A stretch of 64,000 nucleotides of DNA from Thermoanaerobaculia bacterium. Its GTDB lineage: Bacteria; Acidobacteriota; Thermoanaerobaculia; Multivoradales; Multivoraceae. Positions 31,164-40,323 of this stretch are shown piece by piece. Positions within the stretch are counted from its first letter, which is position 1, and every line of letters starts with the position of its first letter. The notes under the pieces were generated by a model. That model ran no database searches. It saw nothing but the letters and a program-made list of their open reading frames with translations, and was not told the origin of the DNA. The stretch covers positions 2,255,957 to 2,319,956 of the forward strand of contig OZ220482.1 of the NCBI GenBank assembly GCA_965116145.1, read 5' to 3'. Position numbers and translations under genes: made by a program.

Positions 31164-31976
31164 TCAGACCGCCTCGGCCAGGGTCTCGGAAAGGCGCGAG
31201 AAGAGACCGGCGCCCAGGACCCAGGACACCGCCGCCGTGGCGGCCATGACCGCCCAGACCCGGGGCTCGGGCAGACGACCGAAGAACAGAAGGTCCTGGG
31301 TCGCCGTCGTGAACCAGGTCATCGGGTTCAACTGCACCACGTTCGCGAGCGGCGCCGGCAGGTCGCTCAAGGTATAGATGATGGGCGCCAGAAAGAACGC
31401 GAGGACCAGCAGATTGCCAAGAAGATCCCGCACATCCTTGAAGTGAACGCACAGGGCCGACAGGGCGAAGGCGAGGCCGGCGACCATCACCAGCTCGATC
31501 GCCAGGACCGCCGGCAGCAGGGCCGCCGTCCAGCCGGAAACCGGAAAACCGACCAGGCGGCTGCCCGCCAGGGCGGCGCCAACGATCGGCAGCGCCAGCA
31601 GGAAGTGCAGCAGATTCGCCGCCACGGCGACCGCCGGCAGGACCTCGACCGGGAACACCGCCTTCCGGATCAGCCCGCCGTTGGCGGTGAGCGAGGTGCA
31701 GCCTTCCAGCAACGAGGTGGACACCCAGATCCAGGGGAACAGGCCGGTGACGATAAACACGCCGTAGGGCTCGACGGCCACCAGATCCGAGCGGTCGAGG
31801 AGCCAGCCGAAGACGAAGGAGTAGACCGCAAGCAGCAGGAGCGGATTCAGCAGGGACCACAGGAAGCCGAAGACGCTGCCCCTGTAGCGTGCACGCAGCT
31901 CCCGCATCACGAGGGTCCAGAGCAGGCTGCGGTAGCGGACCAGCGATCGGGCCAGGGCAACCATTGCTGCGCGCAT
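31164..31976 (-). CDS. wzm: Polysaccharide ABC exporter permease
   Basis: RELRARYRGSVFGFLWSLLNPL, LIRKAVFP, FKDV, PIIY, NPM. Confidence 0.92.
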   Translation of the reverse strand: MRAAMVALARSLVRYRSLLWTLVMRELRARYRGSVFGFLWSLLNPLLLLAVYSFVFGWLLDRSDLVAVEPYGVFIVTGLFPWIWVSTSLLEGCTSLTANGGLIRKAVFPVEVLPAVAVAANLLHFLLALPIVGAALAGSRLVGFPVSGWTAALLPAVLAIELVMVAGLAFALSALCVHFKDVRDLLGNLLVLAFFLAPIIYTLSDLPAPLANVVQLNPMTWFTTATQDLLFFGRLPEPRVWAVMAATAAVSWVLGAGLFSRLSETLAEAV

Positions 31977-31977
31977 C

Positions 31978-34215
31978 TTACGCCCCGGCGACGGGGCCGC
32001 CGGGCTGCCGGAACTCGACGTACACCGGCGCCCCGCCGAGCACCGCGGGCAGGTCGTCGAGCTCCCGGCCGTCCCGGTCGCGTACTGCACGTACACCTGC
32101 TGCGTCCGGCAGCCGAAGGGAGCGGCCTCGTTCGTCGCGCGCCCAGATGACCCGGACTTCCCTTCCCCGCCGCAGCGCCCGGTAGCCGCGCATACCCGGC
32201 GGCATTCGCAGGCGCAGGACCTCGGAGCCGGCCAGTTCACGGTGAAGCTGACGGAACGCCCGGTAGGCGGAGCGCTGACGGAGGCCGCCGCCGCGGGGAT
32301 CCAGCAGCCCGTAGCCGGCCGCCGCCAGTTGCCACCAGTAGACGCGCTCCGCCAGACCGCTGCCCAGCGCCTCCAGCGCGTAGCGGACCAGGAAGCTGGC
32401 CTGGGCGTCCTCATCGACCGCCACGTCGCGGCCCGCAGGAGAGTGCGGACCCTCCGCCAGCGGCCAGTTGAACTCGGTAACCCAGCTCCGCCCCGACGTA
32501 CAGTCCGGGGAGCTGCGGGCGAGGGACCGCAGGACGGCCAGCTTGCCGGCGAGATCGAAGCCGAACTGGCTGTTCTCCGGGGCGCCGCGTCGGTCCACAT
32601 AGAGCTGGCTGGCCAGAACGTCGAACCGGTGCCGCCGCCGGCCGGAGTGCACCAGCGCGGCTGTCACGTGCGGTTCGAAGTCGATCACGGCGGGGGCAAG
32701 CAGGCAGGCGTCCCGGCAGTGAGCCCGAACCGCCTCGGCGCCGACCCCGAGGAGGTTCCAGTAGTCGACCGGCCGCCACACGCCCCACTTGCTGCGGTTG
32801 GGCGCCTGGCCGATCACGAATCGGCGGCCGTACGACGAGAGCGCGGCCGCGGCTTCCTCGACGCTCCGGCGCCAGAGGCCTGCGTCACGAACCAGCGAAC
32901 GGTCCTGGCAGAGCTGGAACACGAGATCGACCGGGCGATCGGCGGCGCTCAGGGTTCTCGCCAGATCCAGAAGACCGCTGTCCAGGCCCTGCCAGAGATG
33001 GAAGCGCAGGAGCACGGTATCGACCCCGAGATCGTCGAGCTTCTCGAACAGGGCGGGGACCGGCGCCGAACCCGGACCGACCGCGACGCCGAGCCCGCCG
33101 AAGCGAACCGCTTCCGGGTCACGGTCGAGACCGCTCCGCACACGGCGCGCCTCGGCAACGGACCGAAACAGCGGGACGACGGCCCGAAGCAGGGGACCCG
33201 TGTGATGGCCGAGATCCCGCAGGCGCACACCGAGACGCTGGCTGCGCGTCGCCTGCTGATGCGGCTGATCGGTCAGCGGATCCCAGACGGTGCGCTCGGT
33301 GGCTGCAGCGCCCCGCTCCGCATCGGGAACATGGGGATGGGCACGACGGCGCGGCAGAACGAGATCGGCGAGCCGGCGCAGGCCCCGGCGCGCTCCCTGC
33401 TTCGATCCCGACTTCAGGCGGAATCCGTGGTGGTACGCCTCGAACCAGAGACGCTGCAGTCGGGACAGGCCGCCCGGGCGATATCCGGAGAGAAACTCTG
33501 TGCGGTGCTCCGGCCGCAGCACCGGCATCCGGCTCAGATCCCGCAGCCGACGGCTGGTCGACAGCCGTCGGCGGAAACGGGCCCGGTTCAGGTCGACGAG
33601 GAACAGCTCGGCGTCCGTGGACGGTTCCGACAGGAGGACGTTGCCCGAGGTCAGATCCCTGAACCAGACGCCATGGCCGTGCAGCTCGGCGGCGAGCGCG
33701 CCGACCCGCCTCAACAGGGTCGGACCGTCGATCTCCGGAAACCGCTCGGCAGCGGCGCCGGCGTTCAGGGCGCGCAGGACATAGCGCAGTTCCAGCGCGT
33801 CGGGCACCAGCCGGCAGACGAACCAGGCCGGACCGTCGAGCGTCTTCGACTCCGCATGGAGGAGGGGATCCGGCGTCGGGATGCCGAGGCGAGCGAACTG
33901 CTGCGCCGCCTGAAAGCTCAGGCGGGCACGACTGCCGCGCCGCCGACGGCGCAGCCGCGCCCGCAGGTCGTCGTGACGGAACTGCTTGACGACCACCGCT
34001 GTCTCGGCGCCCTGTCCGGCCGACCGCCAGGCCGCTTCGTAGAGGTAGCTGCGCCCCCAGTGCAGGCTGCGCCGGCAGTTCGCGGGGTCGAGCAGTCGGC
34101 GCAGGGCCTCCTCGAAGCCGGCGTCAAGGCCCCCTGCCACTGCCTGCGGGACAACGGCGCCGAGAAGATCGTCGAACTCGAACCGCAGTTCGGGCGCTTC
34201 GGTCCCGGTGGTCAA
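31978..34215 (-). CDS. Fusion of a Kdo/WaaP-like (LPS/sugar) kinase and a clan GH-A-like TIM-barrel domain
   Basis: N-half: VVVKQF, FRDLTSGNVLL, LVDLNR. C-half: IGQAPNRSKWG, LYVDRRGAPEN, WVTEFNW, ERVYWWQL, GYGL. TTG overlaps the rng stop. Confidence 0.8.
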   Translation of the reverse strand: MTTGTEAPELRFEFDDLLGAVVPQAVAGGLDAGFEEALRRLLDPANCRRSLHWGRSYLYEAAWRSAGQGAETAVVVKQFRHDDLRARLRRRRRGSRARLSFQAAQQFARLGIPTPDPLLHAESKTLDGPAWFVCRLVPDALELRYVLRALNAGAAAERFPEIDGPTLLRRVGALAAELHGHGVWFRDLTSGNVLLSEPSTDAELFLVDLNRARFRRRLSTSRRLRDLSRMPVLRPEHRTEFLSGYRPGGLSRLQRLWFEAYHHGFRLKSGSKQGARRGLRRLADLVLPRRRAHPHVPDAERGAAATERTVWDPLTDQPHQQATRSQRLGVRLRDLGHHTGPLLRAVVPLFRSVAEARRVRSGLDRDPEAVRFGGLGVAVGPGSAPVPALFEKLDDLGVDTVLLRFHLWQGLDSGLLDLARTLSAADRPVDLVFQLCQDRSLVRDAGLWRRSVEEAAAALSSYGRRFVIGQAPNRSKWGVWRPVDYWNLLGVGAEAVRAHCRDACLLAPAVIDFEPHVTAALVHSGRRRHRFDVLASQLYVDRRGAPENSQFGFDLAGKLAVLRSLARSSPDCTSGRSWVTEFNWPLAEGPHSPAGRDVAVDEDAQASFLVRYALEALGSGLAERVYWWQLAAAGYGLLDPRGGGLRQRSAYRAFRQLHRELAGSEVLRLRMPPGMRGYRALRRGREVRVIWARDERGRSLRLPDAAGVRAVRDRDGRELDDLPAVLGGAPVYVEFRQPGGPVAGA

Positions 34216-35675
34216 GATCCGTCGATCTCGGTGACGACGAAACGCTCCCGATGCAGATCCGGATCCGGCCGCAACAGGATGGGAACGTCGAACGCTCCCT
34301 GCATCCCGTCCAGCACTTCCGACTCGGAACCCCGAAGACCCTGCAGCACCTCCGGGTGAACCCGCACCGCGAGCCGGCGGCAGCCGCGGCCGGCATGCGC
34401 CAGACAGGTGCGCCACAGCTCCAGGCAGACGGTCGCGACCGACTTGACCAGGCCCCGGCCCCGACAGGTCGGGCAGGGACGCGTCAGCGCCTGCTCCAGG
34501 TTCGCGCGCCGACGCTGCCGCGTGAGCTGGACCAGGCCGAACTCGGAGATCTCGAGCAGCCGCTTGCGGGCGCGGTCCTTCCGCAGTTCCGCTTCGAGGT
34601 GCGCGAACACGGTGCGGCGGTCCTCTGCGTGCTCCATGTCGATCAGGTCGATGACGACGATGCCGGCGAGGTCCCGCAGCCGGATCTGGCGCGCTGCCTC
34701 TGTCGCGGCCTCGAGATTCGTCCGCAGGACCGTGTCGCGGAAGTCGCCGGCGCCTCTGTCGCGGCCGGAGTTCACATCGATGGCCACCAGCGCCTCCGTC
34801 TGGTTGATGACCAGGTGACCGCCGGATGGCAGCGGGGTTCCGGGCTCGAGCGCAGCATCGACCGCCTCGTCGATCCGATAGCGGTCGAAGAGGCCGCGGC
34901 GACTCCTCTCCAACCGCTCGAGCAGCCCTGGCTGCACCCGTTCGAGGTACTCCCGGACGACCCGGTAGGCATCGACGCCGTCGACCCGCAGCGCGGAGAA
35001 CTCCGCGCCGAAGTGGTCGCGAATCACGCGGACCGCAAGGGCTTCCTCCCGGTGGACGAGCGCCGGGGCGGCGGCCTTGGCCGCGCGTGCCTCGATCTCG
35101 CGCCAGGCGTCCGCGAGAACCTCGTGGTCCCTCGCCAGATCCTCCGTCGACGCCCCCGCCGCGGCCGTGCGCACGATGCACCCGGCCGCCTCGAGGGAAT
35201 CGCCCAGCGCTTCCCGGGCCGCCAGCCTCAGCCGCTCCCGCTCGTCCGGTTCCTCGATCCGCCGGGAAACTCCCAGCCGATCGGCGCCGAAGGGCGCCAG
35301 CACCAGGTAGCGGCCCGGAAGCATGATCTCGGTAGTGACCCGCGGCCCCTTGTCCGCCAGGTGCTCCCTGGCGACCTGAACGAGGATCTCCTGGCCCCGT
35401 CGCGGGGCCGCGGCGGCGGCGCCGCCTCCACCCTGTGCTGCCGACTCGTCGCCCGCCGTTTCCTCGAGGAACAGGTAACCGTCCCGCCTGAGCCCGAGAT
35501 CGATGAAGGCGGCTCTCATGCCGGCAAGGACCCGCCGCACGCGCCCCTTGTAGACGTTGCCGACCAGACCGCGGCCGCGCCGCCGCTCGACGAAGAACTC
35601 CACGAGTCGGCCGTCCTCCAGCACGGCGACCCGGGTCTGGTGCGGGTCGTGGTCGACCAGGAGTTCCCTGTTCAT
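34212..35675 (-). CDS. rng: Ribonuclease G/E family
   Basis: VGNVYKGRV, AAFIDLG, KGPRVT, IDVNSG, TNLEAA, IDLIDM, CPTC; alternative GTG at 35696. Confidence 0.93.
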   Translation of the reverse strand: MNRELLVDHDPHQTRVAVLEDGRLVEFFVERRRGRGLVGNVYKGRVRRVLAGMRAAFIDLGLRRDGYLFLEETAGDESAAQGGGGAAAAAPRRGQEILVQVAREHLADKGPRVTTEIMLPGRYLVLAPFGADRLGVSRRIEEPDERERLRLAAREALGDSLEAAGCIVRTAAAGASTEDLARDHEVLADAWREIEARAAKAAAPALVHREEALAVRVIRDHFGAEFSALRVDGVDAYRVVREYLERVQPGLLERLERSRRGLFDRYRIDEAVDAALEPGTPLPSGGHLVINQTEALVAIDVNSGRDRGAGDFRDTVLRTNLEAATEAARQIRLRDLAGIVVIDLIDMEHAEDRRTVFAHLEAELRKDRARKRLLEISEFGLVQLTRQRRRANLEQALTRPCPTCRGRGLVKSVATVCLELWRTCLAHAGRGCRRLAVRVHPEVLQGLRGSESEVLDGMQGAFDVPILLRPDPDLHRERFVVTEIDGS

Positions 35676-35703
35676 GCCGATGCCGCCGGCCGACACGGGC
35701 CAG

Positions 35704-36819
35704 TCAGGTATTGACGAACCGTCGCACGTCCAGGCCGATCATCAGGCCGGTGGCCGCGCAACAGAAGAGCATGAAGGAACCGCCGTAGCTCAGGAAGGGA
35801 AGCGGGATGCCGGTGATCGGCAGCAGGCCGACCACCATCGCCGTATTGTAAAGAACGTGGCCCGCGATGAAGGAGAGCAGGCCGACGACGAGGAGCATGC
35901 CCGACAGCTCCCGCGCCGCCAGGGCGACGCGGACACCGTTCGCCAGGTAGAGAAGGAGCAGCCCCAGGGTCACCGAGACGCCGACGAATCCGTACTCCTC
36001 GCCCAGCACGGCGAAGACGAAGTCCGTGTGAGGCGTCGGCAGGAACTGCAGGTTCGACTGCGTGCCCTCGCCGTAGCCCTTGCCCAGCAACTGGCCCGAC
36101 CCGATCGCGATCCGGCTCTGCCGCACCTGATATCCCGACCCGAGCGGGTCGGCGTGAGGTCGGAAGAAGCTGAAGAGCCGCTCCTTCTGGTAGTCCTGCA
36201 GAGCGAAGATCCAGACGCCGCCCGCAACGACGGCGGCGACCGCGACCGCGACCAGCGCGGAACGGAGCCTGACGCCGACAACGAGGACCACGGCGGCGAG
36301 CATCGGCGCGAACATCAGCGCGCCGCCCATGTCCGGCTGGAGAGCGATCAGCAGCACGGGCAGGGCGACGACCGCCGTGGCTGCCCACAACCAGCCCCGG
36401 GGCGCCACCGGCGCCTGCGCTTCCGCTACGTTACGGGCCAGCAGCAGGACGGTCGCGATCTTGCAGAAGTCCGAAGGCTGACCGCCGAAACCGCCGATCC
36501 CGATCCAGCTCCGGGCCCCTCCCGCTTCGTGTCCGAAGAGGGTGACCGCCGCCAACGCCGCCAACGCCGCCAGGTAGATCCAGAGAGCGTGTCGGAGCAG
36601 GAACGTGTAGTCGACCGCAGCAGCGGCCGCCATGACCAGCACGCCCAGCCCGATCCACGCGGTCTGGCGCGCCACGTAGTCGGTGGTGAGTTCTGCCGAA
36701 GCGCTGGAGATGACGACCAGTCCGATCGCCGACAACGCCAATGCCGATCCGGCAAGCAGCCAGGAAACGGACCGGACCCGACGCACGAAGGGCCACGGGT
36801 CAGCTCTTGCCGCGAGCAC
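35704..36819 (-). CDS. rodA: Rod shape-determining SEDS glycosyltransferase RodA
   Basis: GARSW, QPSDFCK, QPDMG, GYQVRQS, HTDFVF, GIPLPFLSYGGS. Confidence 0.95.
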   Translation of the reverse strand: MLAARADPWPFVRRVRSVSWLLAGSALALSAIGLVVISSASAELTTDYVARQTAWIGLGVLVMAAAAAVDYTFLLRHALWIYLAALAALAAVTLFGHEAGGARSWIGIGGFGGQPSDFCKIATVLLLARNVAEAQAPVAPRGWLWAATAVVALPVLLIALQPDMGGALMFAPMLAAVVLVVGVRLRSALVAVAVAAVVAGGVWIFALQDYQKERLFSFFRPHADPLGSGYQVRQSRIAIGSGQLLGKGYGEGTQSNLQFLPTPHTDFVFAVLGEEYGFVGVSVTLGLLLLYLANGVRVALAARELSGMLLVVGLLSFIAGHVLYNTAMVVGLLPITGIPLPFLSYGGSFMLFCCAATGLMIGLDVRRFVNT

Positions 36820-38590
36820 CGAAATGACCCTCGTGCATCGCTCTTGCCAGCGGCGCCGCCGCTTCGGAGCCCCGACCGCCGTTCTCGATGAACACTACGA
36901 CGACCAGCTCCGGCGCCTCGACCGGAGCCCAGGACGTGAACCAGGCGTGGTCGGCCTGGTCGGGCGGAAGATCCTCGGAGCGGGTCCAGGTCGCCTGCGC
37001 AACAACCTGGGCCGTGCCCGTCTTGCCCGCAACGGCGACGATCGGCGTGCTGGCGCTCCGGCCGGTGCCGTTCTGCACGACGTTGGCCAAGGCCTCCGCG
37101 ACGAAGGGGACGACGTCGGCATCCAGGCCGAGCGGTTCCGGCGGTTTTCCGCCGCCAGCAATCAGGTAGGGGCGCACCCGGAACCCGCCATTCGCCACCG
37201 CCGCGGTCATCACCGCGACCTGCAGCGGCGACGTCAGCAGCGGACCCTGGCCGATCGCGACCGAGACCGTATCGCCCGGGTACCACGGAACGCCGCGCCG
37301 GTGTCGGCTCCATTCGGGATCCGGCACCAGACCCTGACTGTCGCCAGGAAGTTCGACGCCCGTCCGCTCGCCCAGACCGAGCAGCCGGGCGTACGCGGCG
37401 ATCTTTTCGATTCCGATCCGGAGACCCTGCCGGTAGAAGTAGATATCGCAGGAATGCTGCAGCGCTCCACGCAGGTCGGTCCAACCGTGCCCGCGGCGCT
37501 GCCAGCAACGCCACCGTCGGCCGTGGAGCCGCGTTGCGCCTCCGCAGAACACCCTCTCGTCCGGGTCGAGCACGCCGCTCGCCAGACCTGCTATCGCGAC
37601 CGCGATCTTGAACACGGAACCCGGAGGGTAGGTGTTCTGGATCGCACGGTTCTGAAGCGGTTTGCGCGGCGCGTCGACGATCCGGCTCCACTCCTCGTGG
37701 CTGAGACCGCCGGCGAAGCTGTTCGGATCGAAGGAAGGAGAAGAAGCCATCGCCCGAATCGCGCCGTCCCCGGGATCGAGCGCCACGATCGCGCCCGTCC
37801 TGTCGCCCAGCAGGCTGTCGGCCAACTGCTGGAGGCGCAGATCGATGGTGAGGGTGACGGATTCCCCGGGCGCGGCATCGGTCCGCCGCACATCCGCGTC
37901 CTGCATCAGCCGGCCGCGGCTGTCGACCACCACGGTCCGTTCTCCGGGGGCGCCGCGCAGGACCCGCTCGCGCAGCAACTCCACGCCGCTGCGGCCGATG
38001 AGGTCGCCGGCTGCCAGCGAGGGGTCACGGTCGTTCTCGGCGGGAGTGGGCGCGCCGAGGTAACCCACAAGGTGGGCGGTCTGGCGGCTGTGCCGGTAGA
38101 GACGCCGCCTGGACGTCGAGATCTCGAATTCCGGGTGCTCGGGCAGCGATACCTCGAACCGTGCGACCTGGTTCAGTTCCAGGTCCTCGGCGAGGAGGAC
38201 GGGGACGTCGCGGGCCACTCCCGGGTAGCGAGCCAGGGCGGCGCGGAGGTCCCGCTCGTCCCGGCCGAGGATCTCGGCCGCGAACGCCAGGCTGGCGGAC
38301 AGATCCGAACTCTCGCTGCGGTCGATCATCAGGCGGAACGTGGGCGCGTTCTCCACCAGGATCCGCCCGGCGCGGTCGAGGATCCTGCCCCTGGGCGCAT
38401 CGAGCCGCAGCACCCGCAGCCGGTTGTTCTCGGCCAGCCGCTCGTAGTGCTCCGCCCGAACGACCTGGTGGTACCAGCAGGCGATCCACACCGCCGCCAG
38501 GCCCACGCCCAGGACGACGCATAGCCACTTGAGCCGGACCGCCGCGTCCAGAAGCTGGTCCGACCCTTGGTCACGGCCTGGCAGGCTCAT
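36800..38590 (-). CDS. mrdA: Penicillin-binding protein 2
   Basis: APRGRILDR, PGSVFK (SxxK), SCD, KTGTAQ, HAWF. Confidence 0.95.
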   Translation of the reverse strand: MSLPGRDQGSDQLLDAAVRLKWLCVVLGVGLAAVWIACWYHQVVRAEHYERLAENNRLRVLRLDAPRGRILDRAGRILVENAPTFRLMIDRSESSDLSASLAFAAEILGRDERDLRAALARYPGVARDVPVLLAEDLELNQVARFEVSLPEHPEFEISTSRRRLYRHSRQTAHLVGYLGAPTPAENDRDPSLAAGDLIGRSGVELLRERVLRGAPGERTVVVDSRGRLMQDADVRRTDAAPGESVTLTIDLRLQQLADSLLGDRTGAIVALDPGDGAIRAMASSPSFDPNSFAGGLSHEEWSRIVDAPRKPLQNRAIQNTYPPGSVFKIAVAIAGLASGVLDPDERVFCGGATRLHGRRWRCWQRRGHGWTDLRGALQHSCDIYFYRQGLRIGIEKIAAYARLLGLGERTGVELPGDSQGLVPDPEWSRHRRGVPWYPGDTVSVAIGQGPLLTSPLQVAVMTAAVANGGFRVRPYLIAGGGKPPEPLGLDADVVPFVAEALANVVQNGTGRSASTPIVAVAGKTGTAQVVAQATWTRSEDLPPDQADHAWFTSWAPVEAPELVVVVFIENGGRGSEAAAPLARAMHEGHFGARGKS

Positions 38591-38606
38591 CGTGCAACCG
38601 TCACGG

Positions 38607-39149
38607 TCAACGCTGGCGGCCCCTTCCGCCAGTCCGTGCAAGCCGCACCGCAGCCCGGACCCGGAGCCGGCCGACCAACCACAACGCCGGCACGCCGACC
38701 GCGGTCGTTGCCGCCACCCGCAGCGGCACGGCAGCGCCGCCGCCGGGCTCGACGCCCGCCAGCAACGCCAGCAGACCGAGCACGATCGCCTGATGGACCA
38801 GCACGCCGACCGCGACCAGAAGAGAAACCGTCACGTGCTGGCTGGTGACGATGCGCTGCGACAGTCGGGCCATGGCGTAGCCGACGACGCAGCAGGCGAG
38901 GGCGTGCAGACCGACCGGCGACATGCTCAGTGTGTCCTGAACGAACCCGGCCACCAGGCCGCCCGCCATGCCATGAAGCGAGTTGCCGGCCAGTCCGTTC
39001 AGGACGACCAGCAGCACGAACAGATCGACAGCTTGACCGGCGGCTGGCAGCGCCTCGGCCAGGAACAACTCGACCAGCGACACCGCAGCCAGACCGACCG
39101 CGAACCTGCCGGCCCACGCCAGGAGCCGCGCTGCATTCGTTTCAGCCAT
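38607..39149 (-). CDS. mreD: Rod shape-determining protein MreD
   Basis: Hydrophobic; GLVAGFVQD...PVGLHAL; lies between mreC and mrdA. Confidence 0.85.
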   Translation of the reverse strand: MAETNAARLLAWAGRFAVGLAAVSLVELFLAEALPAAGQAVDLFVLLVVLNGLAGNSLHGMAGGLVAGFVQDTLSMSPVGLHALACCVVGYAMARLSQRIVTSQHVTVSLLVAVGVLVHQAIVLGLLALLAGVEPGGGAAVPLRVAATTAVGVPALWLVGRLRVRAAVRLARTGGRGRQR

Positions 39150-39267
39150 GCATTCTGCCCGGCAGCGTTGCTATTCGGTCGAACATCACCGATGCGCTCA
39201 CCCATGGCGTCCTGCCGGACGGGCGCCCGACCGCTCTCGGTGCGACACGCACCTCTGCCACGGGCTG
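39128..39267 (-). mobile_element. MITE-like family A copy between mreC and mreD, overlapping the mreD start
   Basis: Begins at CTAG 39268-39271 (mreC stop); left TIR CAGCCCGTGGCAGAGGT; 26 bp identical to 41726-41751. Confidence 0.85.
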
Positions 39268-40107
39268 CTAGCGGCCCAAGGCATCCGCGCCGTCCATGAC
39301 CGCCTCGGGCACCACATCGCGGCGCCAGACAAAGGCATGGCTGAGCGAACTGAAGTCCACGCTCGGGGTGACCTCGATCTCGTGGAAGAGGTCGCCGCCG
39401 GAGTCCACGGAGGTGATCGTCCCGATCGGGACACCGCGCGGAAAGACACCGTCGATGCCGGCGGTCACCACCCGGTCTCCCGGCCGGACCTCCGCCATGA
39501 GCGGCACGTACGCGAGCGACAGGACACCGGGCTCGCTGGCGCCGCGGACGATGCCCTGGCGACGGCTGCGCTCGATCATCGCGCCGACCGAGGAATCGCG
39601 GTCCGTGACCAGGAGAACGCGGGCGTACGTGCCGCCGTCGGCAATGATCCGTCCCAGCACGCCGTCGACCGTGGTTACGGGACGCCGCAGCCAGTCGCCG
39701 CTGGCGCGCGCCCGAGGCAACCGGAGAATGGCGGTGCGCCGCCAGGAGCGGTGGTCGACGTAGACGACATCCGTCAGCATGAGATCGGCGTCCGGCGGCC
39801 GCTCGTATCCCAGGGGCGACGACAGCAGGTCGACCTCGAGTTCCGCGCCGAGGGCAGCCGTGTGAGCCGCCTCGAGCTCGCGCAGCCGGTCCCGAAGCTG
39901 CTCGTTCTCGCGTTGCAGTCGAGCTCTGGTGCGCCGTCCCTCGCGGAGCGCCTCGATGCCGTCGGCCGCCCCGCCGACGAGCCGCTTGACCGATGCTTCC
40001 ACCCACAATCCAGGATGGCCCGCCCGCTCCGGTGACTGAGCGGTCAGCAGCGCAAGCAGAACAGCCACCGCGGCGACGAACAGGACGGCGACCCGACGCT
40101 CGTTCAT
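39268..40107 (-). CDS. mreC: Rod shape-determining protein MreC
   Basis: N-terminal TM, LQRENEQLR coiled coil, GDRVVTAGIDGVFPRGVPIG. Confidence 0.92.
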   Translation of the reverse strand: MNERRVAVLFVAAVAVLLALLTAQSPERAGHPGLWVEASVKRLVGGAADGIEALREGRRTRARLQRENEQLRDRLRELEAAHTAALGAELEVDLLSSPLGYERPPDADLMLTDVVYVDHRSWRRTAILRLPRARASGDWLRRPVTTVDGVLGRIIADGGTYARVLLVTDRDSSVGAMIERSRRQGIVRGASEPGVLSLAYVPLMAEVRPGDRVVTAGIDGVFPRGVPIGTITSVDSGGDLFHEIEVTPSVDFSSLSHAFVWRRDVVPEAVMDGADALGR

Positions 40108-40127
40108 CTCCCGGGGCCCCAGGCTAT

Positions 40128-40250
40128 GAGCTTGCGCCGTGGCAGGCGGCGCAGCGAACTCGCGCTTCGCCGGAAGGAGAGTGCCCGACCGCTCTCGGTG
40201 CGACACGCACTGCCAGGAGCTTGCGCCGCAGAACGCAGCGCAGCAAGTTC
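40128..40250. repeat. Two 34-bp REP-like direct repeats (40128-40161, 40217-40250) bracketing a family A fragment (40183-40210)
   Basis: GAGCTTGCGCCG-N-GCGCAGC(G/A)A..TC occurs twice, each self-complementary; GCCCGACCGCTCTCGGTGCGACACGCAC lies between them. Confidence 0.6.
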
Positions 40251-40266
40251 TCCGGTGCAAGGTCTA

Positions 40267-40323
40267 TGGTGAGGTGGGGGCTGGGGCCAAACACTGAGTC
40301 AGCGACGGGCTTGGCGGCTCTAG
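40267..40323 (-). repeat. Repeat family B immediately after the mreB stop
   Basis: 52/57 identical to 61630-61685; both end in GGCTCTAG containing the TAG stop. Confidence 0.85.

Noticed and set aside
31978-35181. 1067-aa version of the kinase-GH ORF (and extended versions of MT-A70, sufC, mreC, asd)
   Set aside because: The N-terminal extensions overlap upstream genes or repeats; downstream starts at stop/start overlaps or RBSs fit better
36775-36802. ACGCAC...GCCACGGG at the rodA start resembling the family A end
   Set aside because: Short gapped match expected by chance at this GC content
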